Shown piece after piece: positions 1 to 9,479 of a stretch of 64,000 nucleotides of DNA. The notes beneath the pieces are model-generated. The model worked only from the letters and a program-made list of their open reading frames with translations, was not told where the DNA came from and searched no databases. A program made the position numbers and the translations under genes. Numbering within the stretch: position 1 is the stretch's first letter; each line of letters starts with the position of its first letter. The stretch lies in IMG/VR virus record IMGVR_UViG_3300038393_002936; one strand, written 5' to 3'. Origin of the DNA: a virus.

Positions 1-837
1 ATCGTCGAGATACTGGGTCCACATCAGGCGTACTGGGGGCTGTGTGCCGGTTCGACCTCGGTTCTGTTCGCCAAGCCGCGAAGTCGCCAAGAGGTGGTCG
101 TGGACCTAGACGGTCTCGTCACGAACCTGGCTCGGGTGGTTCAAGACGACCAGCTGAGCCTGAAGCTGTTCGACCGGGTTGAGCGGACCGCTTTCTGTGA
201 AGAAATCTACCAAGATTCGGTCCTGTGGCTTCAAATGCAAGAGACCAATTTGGCGAATGAAAAAGTAATACTCAGGCTATGCAGTTCAGTCGAATTTGAC
301 CTCGACTTGGCCTACCACTATTTCGTGGTCTGCTGGATGAGCAAAGGCGGCTTCGCCGGGACGACTCGCGAACTGGACATCGGCATCGCCAAGCGGTTCA
401 CCTCGAACGGCGGCGACCCGGCCACCCGCTTCCGGAACGCGGGCCGGTCCATTCCCTGCTGGTGGGAACGCCTCCAGGGTGTCACGGTCCTGTGCGGCGA
501 GATGTTCGGCGTGCTGCCCAAAATCGAGGACAAGAAAGGCACGGTGGTCGAAGTAGACCCTCCCTACTTCGAGAAAAGTGCGAATTATAAGCACGACTTT
601 ACGGTCGGTGAAGCCGACGCCAACGACGAGTGGGTCCGCAAGTACGGGGACCACGGCCGGCTCGCCCGAGCTCTCCAGCGTTTCAGGCAGACTCGAATTG
701 TGGTCGAGTATTACGAGTGGGGAGGAATCCAAGAACTCTACCTGGACCAAGGCTTCCGCAAGATTGACCGGACCACGACCAAACAGCTGGGGAACGGCAA
801 GAACGAGGCCAGGGAGGTTTTGCTGGTTAAAAACTGA
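1..837 (+). CDS. DNA adenine methyltransferase (Dam/D12 class), 5' truncated by the window edge
   Basis: Frame is open from base 1 (IVEILGPHQAYWGLCAGSTSVLFAKPRSRQEVVVDLDG, motif I-like) and contains catalytic DPPY. Confidence 0.85.
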   Translation: MVEILGPHQAYWGLCAGSTSVLFAKPRSRQEVVVDLDGLVTNLARVVQDDQLSLKLFDRVERTAFCEEIYQDSVLWLQMQETNLANEKVILRLCSSVEFDLDLAYHYFVVCWMSKGGFAGTTRELDIGIAKRFTSNGGDPATRFRNAGRSIPCWWERLQGVTVLCGEMFGVLPKIEDKKGTVVEVDPPYFEKSANYKHDFTVGEADANDEWVRKYGDHGRLARALQRFRQTRIVVEYYEWGGIQELYLDQGFRKIDRTTTKQLGNGKNEAREVLLVKN

Positions 838-862
838 GTTACTTCGCAACTGACCTACTTCA

Positions 863-1171
863 ATGGGAGTTACTATGGCTCGCAACCCACACGACTTGCT
901 CAATAAGGTCGACAAAGAACGAAAAGAAGAAGCAGATAGGCTCGAGCGAGAAATCGACCGCAAAATGGACCACGATTACGATGGAGGCGAATTTTATTTT
1001 ACGGTGTCCAGACGTATTCACCAGTCGGTAATAAACGAGCTGAAGAGGCGGTACACCGCGTGGATAATTCACACGGAAGAGCAGAGCTTTAATGACCCAC
1101 GAGAGCCATCATTAGAGTACAGTACGACCTTGACATTTACCCCCACCGGAAGTTGCAGTGCTCACGAGTGA
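863..1171 (+). CDS. hypothetical protein
   Basis: ORF with GGGAG RBS, in operon order. Confidence 0.6.
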   Translation: MGVTMARNPHDLLNKVDKERKEEADRLEREIDRKMDHDYDGGEFYFTVSRRIHQSVINELKRRYTAWIIHTEEQSFNDPREPSLEYSTTLTFTPTGSCSAHE

Positions 1172-1341
1172 TGAAGAACTCGGCCACCGATAGGCCGCTC
1201 GGAACCGTGCCGAGCGGCATGAGCGAGGATAGCTTCCCACCTCAAAACAAAGTGCTCGGTTCGGTCTACCGAACTACTGCACTGCTGACGAGGGATGTTG
1301 ATTTCGCTAATGAGAACAGCATTTCTAAAGGAGAATATTTC

Positions 1342-2514
1342 ATGAGCACCTGCGTTGAGGCTACCAAAAAGAAGTCGACCCACAAGGCCGAGGTCGTCCC
1401 GGTCACCCTCGAAAAACATCCGGATGCGGACACCCTTTCCGTGGTTCGCATCTGGGGTTACTGCTGTGTCGTAAAAACAGCAGACTGGGCCAACATCAAG
1501 AGGGCAGTTTACATTGTGCCAGACAGTCTTCTTGATGTAACGAGGCCCGAGTTCGCCTTCTTAGCCGAACAAGCCAACGCGGACGGCAAGGCCCGCATCA
1601 AGGCCAAGCGACTTCGCGGGGTGGTGAGCTACGGGCTACTGATTCCCGCACCAGAAGGTGCGGAGTTGGGTGACGACCTGGCCGAGTTGCTGGGCATGGA
1701 GCGGTACGAGCCGTCCGAGCCTGGCCAGGGGCAGAAGGACAAGTTCGTTATCAGTGGCGAGGAAGAGGCCGGTCCGGACGTCGACACCGGTCCCGGCCAT
1801 TACGATATCGACGCCTTCGAACGGTACGCCCATCAAATGTTCACCGAGGGCGAGCCGGTCGTGGTGTGCGAGAAGCTCGATGGCAGCAACGTGCGATTCG
1901 TGTACTGGGACGGTCGGTTCTGGGTCAAGTCCCGGAAGAGGTGGGTGAAACGGGTTCCGGACTACTCGCACATTACCCTCGACTCCCTGATGGCCAAGGG
2001 AGTGCCCGAAGACAAGGCCCGGGGCATCGTCGAGAAGGTGGCTCTCCGACAACCGAAGGTCAACGGGTTCTGGGAGGTGCTCGAACGGACCCCGGTGCTG
2101 ATGGACTTCCTTCGGGCTAACCCCGGCGTCACGGTGTACGGCGAGGTCTACGGAACGACCAACCGGTTGAAGTATGGGTTTCCGGATGGAAACCGGTTCG
2201 CCGCGTTCGACATCTATCGGGACGGCCGGTTCATGGACACGGAAGAGGCTGGAAACCTCGCGGTCACCATCCCGTGGGTTCCGCTCCTCAACGAGACAGA
2301 CTACGACCCGATGTGCGGCGGCTGCATCCACCCCATTCCGTACTCATTCGACACCATCAAGACCCTAGCCGAGGGCAAGACCACCGCGCTCGACGCCAAA
2401 ACCGGGGTCATCCGCGAAGGTGTCGTCATCAAGCCCCTGCGCGAACGCTGGGACCGCAAGCTCGGTCGCGTCATCCTCAAGTGCGTTTCCCCTGACTTCC
2501 TCTCGATGAAGTGA
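1342..2514 (+). CDS. RNA ligase (Rnl2/DRB0094-like) with N-terminal OB-like domain
   Basis: EKLDGSN, VYGEVYG, FAAFDI, EGVVIKP and KCVSPDFL nucleotidyltransferase motifs; AAGGAG RBS before ATG 1342. Confidence 0.9.
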   Translation: MSTCVEATKKKSTHKAEVVPVTLEKHPDADTLSVVRIWGYCCVVKTADWANIKRAVYIVPDSLLDVTRPEFAFLAEQANADGKARIKAKRLRGVVSYGLLIPAPEGAELGDDLAELLGMERYEPSEPGQGQKDKFVISGEEEAGPDVDTGPGHYDIDAFERYAHQMFTEGEPVVVCEKLDGSNVRFVYWDGRFWVKSRKRWVKRVPDYSHITLDSLMAKGVPEDKARGIVEKVALRQPKVNGFWEVLERTPVLMDFLRANPGVTVYGEVYGTTNRLKYGFPDGNRFAAFDIYRDGRFMDTEEAGNLAVTIPWVPLLNETDYDPMCGGCIHPIPYSFDTIKTLAEGKTTALDAKTGVIREGVVIKPLRERWDRKLGRVILKCVSPDFLSMK

Positions 2515-2524
2515 CGGGCGGTGT

Positions 2525-3532
2525 ATGGACTCCGGGAAAGTTGTCTCGGAGTCCAAGATGTCAAAACGACTCAGGGTTTCAGTCGAGGAGCTGAAGTTAC
2601 GGCTCCCGGAAGAGGTGGAGCTGGACGAGAACACGTATTCGGGGATGTCGTCCAGAGCCAGGTTCGTCGATAGAGACTTCGGCGAGTTCTGGGCTCTCCC
2701 GAAGGATGTCTGTCGTGGCCACGGGCACCGGCGGCGAGGCTCGTTGAAAATTGCCATGTCGAAGCGGACACCCGCGGAAGCGGTGGTGGCCGCCCTGCCT
2801 GATTACATCGTCCTGGATGTGGCCACCTACGTTTCCAAACATGAGCCGGCGAGGTTCGTGGACAAGGAGTTTGGAGAATGGTGGGCTTGCCCGAAAGAGG
2901 TTCTTCGGGGACACACTCTTCATCGAAAACGGGCGCTCCAGCTTGGGCAAAACATCAAATTGTCGGCTGCCGATGTGATGGCCAGGCTTCCGGGACACAT
3001 ATCGCTGGACGCATCAAGCTACGTGAACACTGCCGTGAAGGCAAGGTTTGTAGACGCAGACTACGGAGAGTGGTGGGTAACGCCCAATCAGGTTTTGTTC
3101 GGGAGCCACCATCCGGAACGAGCGAAGGAGAACCGTAAACGCACCTGCATTGCCAGGTACGGAGTTGAGCACGTTACCCAGTCACGCGAAATGTTCGTGA
3201 AAGGCCAGAAAACCAAGAGAAAAACTGTCCACATAAAACACTGGAAGACGGGCGAAACACTGGTGTGCGTTGGTTCCTACGAAAAGTCTGTTGTTGAATG
3301 GCTCAACAAAGAGGAAACCGAGTTTTCCTGGCAAATACCATTTGTGCTCTCGGGAGGGCGGGTGTATTACTGCGACCTCTACCTACATTCCGAGGATAAG
3401 TACGTGGAAATTAAGGGGTGGTGGATGCAAGAAGTTTCGCGCCGGAAATGGATGGAGTTTCACTCGACCCATCCGAATTCCGAGTTATGGGACCGTCCTA
3501 AGCTGAAGTCTATGGGGTTGATTAAGCGATAA
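2525..3532 (+). CDS. putative free-standing homing endonuclease: three N-terminal repeats plus PD-(D/E)XK-like C-terminus
   Basis: ARFVDxD/EFGEWWxxPxxVLxGH repeated three times; RKRTCIARYGVEH; YYCDLY...YVEIKG. Confidence 0.6.
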   Translation: MDSGKVVSESKMSKRLRVSVEELKLRLPEEVELDENTYSGMSSRARFVDRDFGEFWALPKDVCRGHGHRRRGSLKIAMSKRTPAEAVVAALPDYIVLDVATYVSKHEPARFVDKEFGEWWACPKEVLRGHTLHRKRALQLGQNIKLSAADVMARLPGHISLDASSYVNTAVKARFVDADYGEWWVTPNQVLFGSHHPERAKENRKRTCIARYGVEHVTQSREMFVKGQKTKRKTVHIKHWKTGETLVCVGSYEKSVVEWLNKEETEFSWQIPFVLSGGRVYYCDLYLHSEDKYVEIKGWWMQEVSRRKWMEFHSTHPNSELWDRPKLKSMGLIKR

Positions 3533-3649
3533 TTGCCACTCGCGCCGCTCTCGCCTAGTCATTTATCGGCCGAGTTGTCCTGAAATGGGTGGGATGCGGT
3601 TACTTGGAACGGTCAAAGTGACTGTCCCGGCAACGAGTTTTTAAAACCA

Positions 3650-3675
3650 GCCCGGGTGCAAACTCGGGCTTCTTT
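3650..3675 (+). terminator. rho-independent terminator-like hairpin
   Basis: gcccggg-tgcaaa-ctcgggc followed by ttcttt. Confidence 0.45.
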
Positions 3676-3687
3676 CCTGGAGACACT

Positions 3688-3981
3688 ATGACTCGTACCG
3701 AACATCTGCTGACCATCTTGGCCGAGGAATGCACTGAAGTGGCCCAGCGGGCTACGAAGTCATTGCGATTCGGGCTCGAGGAAGTCCAACCGGGCCAACA
3801 CCTCGCGAACGCCGAGCGTATCGCGGGCGAGATGGCCGATTTGCTCGGCATCTACGCGTTGTTGGTCAAGGGCAAGTTGGTCCCGCAGCCAGACGAGGAC
3901 GCGGTGCTCGTCAAGATGGCGAAGGTAGAAAATTACCTGCGGTATTCGACCGAATGCGGGACTTTGCAATGCACATCTTGA
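3688..3981 (+). CDS. MazG-like NTP pyrophosphohydrolase
   Basis: LAEECTEVAQ...GEMADLLG (EExxE / ExxD) pattern. Confidence 0.7.
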   Translation: MTRTEHLLTILAEECTEVAQRATKSLRFGLEEVQPGQHLANAERIAGEMADLLGIYALLVKGKLVPQPDEDAVLVKMAKVENYLRYSTECGTLQCTS

Positions 3982-4631
3982 ACCACCGCCTCTCGCAGCT
4001 CAGGCAATCTCCTGAAAACGAGACACTGCGAAAGCTTGTGTCGGTCGAAGTTAGCGGAATCGTTCTGTGTGGGACTATTGAAGAGGTCAGGCACGCTCGG
4101 GTCTGGACAGCGAATATCCTAGGATGTCTCGAAGACGACAAATGCCCAGGTGCAATAGGGGCCGTTGGTCTACTAACCGGCCTACTTGATATTTTGGCTG
4201 TTGCCGAGGATTTCAAGCATCATGAGGCTTGGCTGACTAAAAACATGAAACTGACTGCTCCACAAAAGCTTATGCAAAAGCTCGTCTTCATGGTAAGCGG
4301 CGAGCGATGCCAAACGGCGGAAGAAATCGAGGCACGATACGAAGAACTTCTCGGTCCCCAACATATAGACCAACTCCAACAAGCCCAAGAGGAAGTGAGA
4401 CCAGGAACGGAAGAAACCGAGCTACCGTGTGAATATGACCGTCATTACGAATCGAAATCGGTCGCGGCCCAAATGCTGGACGGTAGCTGGGTCGGGTGGG
4501 TTTACTGGTTCGGCGGAGGAAAGCACGGCGAGCCGGAACAGGTCGAATGGATAAGCGATGCTTACGATGTTGATGTGGTCGAGGTGCTGAAACCCGTTAA
4601 GCAGTTCAGCCGGCGAGAGGAGGTCCAGTGA
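3954..4631 (+). CDS. hypothetical phage protein
   Basis: Long ORF overlapping both neighbours. Confidence 0.55.
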   Translation: MRDFAMHILNHRLSQLRQSPENETLRKLVSVEVSGIVLCGTIEEVRHARVWTANILGCLEDDKCPGAIGAVGLLTGLLDILAVAEDFKHHEAWLTKNMKLTAPQKLMQKLVFMVSGERCQTAEEIEARYEELLGPQHIDQLQQAQEEVRPGTEETELPCEYDRHYESKSVAAQMLDGSWVGWVYWFGGGKHGEPEQVEWISDAYDVDVVEVLKPVKQFSRREEVQ

Positions 4632-5035
4632 ACGACACTCTCGTCCGCCACCACCCCACAGTTCCTGTGCTGATTCGCGGCCAAGAAATCTCTGTCGACG
4701 AGGAAATCGTCCCGCTCGTCCAGTGGTTCAACGGACTCAAAGGGGTCCAAACCCTATTCTGTTGCCAGGGCGACGATGGGGACGAGGAGAATGTCGAGTC
4801 GGTCGCCTGGTGGTATGCCGGGGGACGTCCTTATGTCATGTTTACGGCCGAGGATGTCGGTCGCGTCGAGTGGATTCTCAGGTTGCTCGACGAATTCCGG
4901 CAGGAAAAAGGATGGGTACACGAGGCCATGGTGGATAACCTCGGGGGCCGGGGTCTCCGATTTACCGTGCGGTGGGTCGATAAGGCAACGATGTTGGAAT
5001 TCACAGATTTTGTCCTGAGAAAGGCGGACTGGTGA
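4628..5035 (+). CDS. hypothetical phage protein
   Basis: GTGA overlap; VDEEIVPLVQWFN...TLFCCQG motif. Confidence 0.6.
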   Translation: MNDTLVRHHPTVPVLIRGQEISVDEEIVPLVQWFNGLKGVQTLFCCQGDDGDEENVESVAWWYAGGRPYVMFTAEDVGRVEWILRLLDEFRQEKGWVHEAMVDNLGGRGLRFTVRWVDKATMLEFTDFVLRKADW

Positions 5036-5104
5036 ACTTTCCTGCCGGTTGAGCAAAGCGAAGTCCGGTGTATGTACCTGTGGGTATTCTGCACCGGAGT
5101 CACC

Positions 5105-5380
5105 ATGAATCAGCGAATCAACAACATCGAATTTTATCTCGAACACGAACAGGCCTTCGCGTACGTCTCGGCCAAAGAGCGTGAATCACTCCCACTGTCG
5201 TCATTCGGGTGGCCGAGCGAGCGCAAATTTCCAGTGACCAATCAGCGAATGCTTGACGCCGCGGTCAAGCTGATTGGCCGGGCTCCGGCATCCGAGCAGC
5301 CGAAAATCAAGGCTCGGCTGAAACGCATTGGGAAACGACTGGGCTTGAAGTTGCCCGAGTCGTGGGGTGGCTCAACCTGA
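5105..5380 (+). CDS. DUF6582-like small protein
   Basis: ERESLPLSSFGWPSERKFPV...AAVKLIGRA. Confidence 0.55.
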   Translation: MNQRINNIEFYLEHEQAFAYVSAKERESLPLSSFGWPSERKFPVTNQRMLDAAVKLIGRAPASEQPKIKARLKRIGKRLGLKLPESWGGST

Positions 5381-5844
5381 AGTTGTTGCTGAGGTATTAT
5401 GAGCAGTGCCGCTCAGGCCAAGAGCTTGAACTCGCACACGAGATTGTCGACGGAGATATCTTTTTAGTTAAAGCTGGACAGGCCCTGGTCTGGGACATTT
5501 TCGCAAACGGAGCTAGTATGTCGAGTAGCTTGAATATTAACCAACTCGTGGCGATTGATGAAATCATTGACGGAGACGTCTGGTTCCTACGAAGTCGCCA
5601 CCAGGAAGCGGTCCGAGCCCTGCTCGAAGAGGCCGACGACTGGGAAGACTGCTCGAACGAGCTGGAAGAACTCCAGCAACGAGTAGCTGAACTCGAACGG
5701 CAAAATGCAGACCTCCAGGACCGTCAAAAGAAACTAGAGGCCGAAAATGCCACACTCTCCCTTCGGGCGACCAAGGCCACGTCGCACATCGGTAAAATTG
5801 GGCAGGCCCTCGTCCGGGCCGGCAATAGGCTAACCGCAGGTTAG
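5362..5844 (+). CDS. coiled-coil hypothetical protein
   Basis: Heptad-rich C-terminus. Confidence 0.55.
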   Translation: MGWLNLKLLLRYYEQCRSGQELELAHEIVDGDIFLVKAGQALVWDIFANGASMSSSLNINQLVAIDEIIDGDVWFLRSRHQEAVRALLEEADDWEDCSNELEELQQRVAELERQNADLQDRQKKLEAENATLSLRATKATSHIGKIGQALVRAGNRLTAG

Positions 5845-5869
5845 CTGACTACACAAACGGGGAGTAATC

Positions 5870-6109
5870 ATGGTTTGTGACGGTGCCGAACAGAGTCCGC
5901 CGCCGGGTCGTCGACCCTACCGCGTGAATCTCGTGGAGAAGGCGAGCGGCGAGAAGTTCGTCAAGCAAGTCACGGCGAGCGACCCCGACGACGCCATCGG
6001 CCGCGTCATGGACCAGGTCACACAGGGTCTGATGGAGCCCGAGGAATTCTGGGATGCCTACGGCATCCAACATGTCATCGCGGAATGTGCCGGGAAGGAC
6101 TCCGTATGA
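5870..6109 (+). CDS. hypothetical protein
   Basis: GGGGAG RBS; ATGA overlap with next gene. Confidence 0.5.
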   Translation: MVCDGAEQSPPPGRRPYRVNLVEKASGEKFVKQVTASDPDDAIGRVMDQVTQGLMEPEEFWDAYGIQHVIAECAGKDSV

Positions 6110-6798
6110 ACAGCATGGCCCTTGTCCTCGGGGCCTGCTTGTGCGGGCAGGCCACCCCGGGGCCGACCCCGGCCGACCTGATTGAGGCCCGCTTCCTGCT
6201 GGCTTCGCCAGTGAATGAGACAGAGACGAATCCGGCCCCCGAGCATTATGCGGCCCTGAAAGCCGCGGTAATTGCCGTCGCGACCCAGGACGAGCTAATT
6301 AGCGACGAGCTAATTAGCGACGAGCGAGAAATGATGGGGTTCGATTACGAACCGGGTCCGAACGGCGAGGCCCGGGGGACAGAGTTTCTGTTCGAGAAAC
6401 CCGGCGACTGGGTCCGCCACCTGAATTTGTTGCGTGAACGCCGGGCGGAACTCGAAAATTGTCCATTACTTCAAGAACTGGGACGGTTTCCATCCAATCA
6501 AACAACGCAATCCTATCGTTCCTTCAGTCAGTCGTTTTGCTTTGAACTCTCGAAGCGAATCAAAAGCGGTCTAGAGGTAGACCGAGCCGACATCTTGCAG
6601 GCCACGTTGGACGAAGCCCAGCAAATGGCAGCCCCCTGGAATAATCTACATGACGCCGAAGCGTCGTATCTGTCCATCGTGGAGCGAAGAAAAAGCCTGA
6701 AATTTCTAAAGCAAAGCTTGAGCGAAGAAGATTGGCGTTCCGGGTCCTTGCCACCGATTGTTCCCACCTGGCGATTCACAGAACGGAGCCGTCGATGA
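6106..6798 (+). CDS. exported hypothetical protein, Gemmataceae-like
   Basis: Signal-like N-terminus; C-terminal LPPIVPTWRF resembles a planctomycete family (recall, not searched). Confidence 0.6.
   Translation: MNSMALVLGACLCGQATPGPTPADLIEARFLLASPVNETETNPAPEHYAALKAAVIAVATQDELISDELISDEREMMGFDYEPGPNGEARGTEFLFEKPGDWVRHLNLLRERRAELENCPLLQELGRFPSNQTTQSYRSFSQSFCFELSKRIKSGLEVDRADILQATLDEAQQMAAPWNNLHDAEASYLSIVERRKSLKFLKQSLSEEDWRSGSLPPIVPTWRFTERSRR
6289..6325. repeat. 15-bp tandem duplication gacgagctaattagc x2.5 (DELIS-DELIS)
   Basis: Directly visible, in frame. Confidence 0.9.
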
Positions 6799-7007
6799 TT
6801 TGGCTTGTCGCCATTCCACTGTTCTTGTTTTGGGCCGCTGGAACTTATGTGGCGTTCTACGGCCTCCGGACCAACTACAGAGCTTACGCTCTGTTTAATG
6901 ACAAAAAGCAGACTTTCGCTATTTGTTGCCGACACCTGGTAATCGCATGCTTTTGGTTTGTTTGGGGTTGGAAGTCTTCTTGGAGTGAACGAGCCTACAA
7001 GGTTTAA
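6795..7007 (+). CDS. small membrane protein
   Basis: Two hydrophobic segments; ATGA overlap. Confidence 0.5.
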   Translation: MIWLVAIPLFLFWAAGTYVAFYGLRTNYRAYALFNDKKQTFAICCRHLVIACFWFVWGWKSSWSERAYKV

Positions 7008-7020
7008 TAGGAGGGATTGC

Positions 7021-7215
7021 ATGGGTCGTTTACCCTCGTACATCAAGAACTTCTCGTGCGGAACGACCGCTATTGACGCGGCCTTCTTCGGGCTCTACGT
7101 AGCCAACCAAACCTCTTTTCCTTTTCTTGTCGGCACTATGAGTCTGGCGGTCGAACTGGGCGGCCTCGCGATGGTTGGCTTGGCTTTTTTGGAGTTCGCC
7201 GAAACCGAACTGTAG
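7021..7215 (+). CDS. small membrane protein
   Basis: GGAGGG RBS; hydrophobic. Confidence 0.5.
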   Translation: MGRLPSYIKNFSCGTTAIDAAFFGLYVANQTSFPFLVGTMSLAVELGGLAMVGLAFLEFAETEL

Positions 7216-7225
7216 CAGGTCTATT

Positions 7226-7273
7226 TCCGGCAGGGAAGCACGCACATCTCCCTCTCCTGCCGGAGGTTTTTGT
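7226..7273 (+). terminator. terminator built from an inverted pair of the dispersed motif
   Basis: tccggcagggaag...ccctctcctgccgga followed by ggtttttgt. Confidence 0.65.
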
Positions 7274-7349
7274 TGGCGTAGCCAACCCACGAGCGGGTCT
7301 TAAGACCCGCGAGTGTAGTATCTGTTGCCCCCAACCAAAGGCAACAGGA

Positions 7350-9089
7350 ATGCATTACGCACTTAAATTAGAAGAACTGCGTCAGCGAATTAACCCCGTG
7401 GCCGTCTGGGCAGCCAACGGCAATTTGTACACTTCGAACATCGAGGTCACTGATTTATTCTCCGGCTTTGCCGGAGCCATCTCCACAGCAGCCATCGAGG
7501 TCCCCGGAGCCGCCACTGGAACCGACGGCGGTCTCGGCGTCTACAAAGTAGCAGCCGGGGCTGGTCCTGGGGGTGGTCCCCGCGTCACGGTCGGTCTGAC
7601 CCCAACGACCATTCTCGGCCAACTCGCTAATCGCCAGGACTTTTTTGCCTTCGAACCGACCTTTACGGGCGGGGTAACGGTCGCAGTCGGAGATGTGACG
7701 GGGGACGGGACTCCCGATGTGGTCGTCGGAACCGGCTCCGGCGGCGGCCCACGGGTCGAGGTGTTCGACGGGACCGACCTGCACTTGGTCTCGAGCTTCT
7801 TCGCGTACGACGCCGATTTCCGAGATGGCGTAAATGTGGCCGTCGCCAACGGCGATGTGGTCACCGGGGTCGGGGTCGGCGGCGGACCGAACGTTCGCAT
7901 ATTCGACGCTCACGGCACACAGCTCAGCTCGTTCTTCGCTGGGGACCCGTCTCTTCGTGATGGGGTCCAGGTTGCCGCCGGGGATTTGTCCCTTTCGGGG
8001 ACGGACCAACTCGCGACTCTCGCCAAGAGTTCGAGCGGTTATACGCTCGGCACTTTTGACCAGTACGGCACTCAACTAAACAGCTTTGAAGTGCTGACGG
8101 GCTTCGTTGGCCTGCGACCGACATTCGGCGTGGATTACCTGGGCAATAGCCTCATCGGCCGTCCCGACGTAGCCTACTCGGACCCAGTCACGGGCGATAC
8201 TTTCGTGGACGAGTGGGATACCGGCGGCCCGTTCGTCGGCGGCCGGCTCATCGACCACGTGGACCTGAACTTCTTCGACCCGTCCATCAACGCGGCCCCT
8301 GTCCAGCTCGGGTCCGTCTCTCAGGTCAATGGGGTGACCCGGTTTGACCTCAATGGCGGGTTGTTGTCCACCTACAGTGCCGAAGCCCTGGACGGTGGCA
8401 ACCCGCTCACGGGGCCACTCGACCCTGCCCCGGGTGGGGCCGCCATCGGGCCCGAAATCTCGCAGCAGGCCGGTACGCTGACCGGATATGTTCAAGATGC
8501 GAACGGGACCACTTACGGGCTGACGAACGAGCACGTGGTTGTCCCCGAGGGGACCGGCCCGGCCGGGGCCATCGGCTCGAACCAGGTGCAGCCCGGTCCT
8601 TATTTCGACGGGCCTTATCGGTCCCTCGGAACGGTCACGCAATATGGCGACCTGTCCCAGTCGGTCGACGCCGCCCTCATCAAGCTGAACGACCCCTCCG
8701 ACATCGATACACGGTCGGCTTACCAGAAACCCGACGGCTCCCTGGGATACGTGCAGGCCCACGGGACCGGAACCGTAAAAGTCGGCGACCTGGTCTATGC
8801 GGTCGGTGTGTTCGGGACCGTCGAGGGGCTGGTCATCGCGACCGGAGCAACCGCCGAGGTGACGGGTGAACCCGGGGTTCCGGCCGGTCAGCCTACCACC
8901 TTCAGTGACCAAATTGTGATGGCTGGGGTCGATTTCGGGGTCCAGGACATCATCCCGGGCGATTCCGGGTCACTGGTCATCTCGCAAGACGGGACTCGGG
9001 TCGCCATGGCGTTCGCAGGGGGGAGCCAAATCGGCATCGCCATGCCCATCCAGAGCGTGCTGAACAATTTGGGGGTCTCGTTCGCATGA
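7350..9089 (+). CDS. secreted FG-GAP-like repeat protein with C-terminal trypsin-like (PA clan) serine protease
   Basis: LKLEELRQRINP leader; GGGPRVxVF and FFAYD..F..GV.VAVGDV.GDG repeats; TNEHV, DAALI and GDSGS triad. Confidence 0.85.
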   Translation: MHYALKLEELRQRINPVAVWAANGNLYTSNIEVTDLFSGFAGAISTAAIEVPGAATGTDGGLGVYKVAAGAGPGGGPRVTVGLTPTTILGQLANRQDFFAFEPTFTGGVTVAVGDVTGDGTPDVVVGTGSGGGPRVEVFDGTDLHLVSSFFAYDADFRDGVNVAVANGDVVTGVGVGGGPNVRIFDAHGTQLSSFFAGDPSLRDGVQVAAGDLSLSGTDQLATLAKSSSGYTLGTFDQYGTQLNSFEVLTGFVGLRPTFGVDYLGNSLIGRPDVAYSDPVTGDTFVDEWDTGGPFVGGRLIDHVDLNFFDPSINAAPVQLGSVSQVNGVTRFDLNGGLLSTYSAEALDGGNPLTGPLDPAPGGAAIGPEISQQAGTLTGYVQDANGTTYGLTNEHVVVPEGTGPAGAIGSNQVQPGPYFDGPYRSLGTVTQYGDLSQSVDAALIKLNDPSDIDTRSAYQKPDGSLGYVQAHGTGTVKVGDLVYAVGVFGTVEGLVIATGATAEVTGEPGVPAGQPTTFSDQIVMAGVDFGVQDIIPGDSGSLVISQDGTRVAMAFAGGSQIGIAMPIQSVLNNLGVSFA

Positions 9090-9364
9090 AGACCCACTTT
9101 GTAAGACGAGCCCGGCCCGCTCGTGATGCCCATCTGGACACGCCCCAAGAAGCTCATGTGCTCGGGGCGATTCCTGTGGACCAACTCGTAACCGAGGACA
9201 GGGTGGTCGAGTTGACGGCCGCTTTCTGTCGAAAGGATAGCGAAGCTATTCTGACGCCGAAGGCGGTCAGCAATCTGCTCAAGACGCTGGTGTCCAAGGG
9301 CTTCGTGGTCGAGGTCCACGGGAGTAGACTGGAGAGGGTTTTGAAAGACTGTGCGGCGAACTAG
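9086..9364 (+). CDS. hypothetical protein
   Basis: ATGA overlap. Confidence 0.5.
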   Translation: MKTHFVRRARPARDAHLDTPQEAHVLGAIPVDQLVTEDRVVELTAAFCRKDSEAILTPKAVSNLLKTLVSKGFVVEVHGSRLERVLKDCAAN

Positions 9365-9407
9365 TCGCCGCAGTTTGTGACCTGGTTGACCGAACGTAGC
9401 GAGTTAT

Positions 9408-9446
9408 TCCGGCAGGGAAGTGGACTATATCTGCTTCCCTGCCGGA
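9408..9446. terminator. perfect 13-bp inverted pair of the dispersed motif between convergent genes
   Basis: tccggcagggaag-N13-cttccctgccgga. Confidence 0.65.
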
Positions 9447-9479
9447 CCCTCAGCCTTATCGACGGAGCTATACGCCGGT

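Noticed and set aside
1280-1320. Hammerhead-like CTGACGA
   Set aside because: No GAAA core or closing stems
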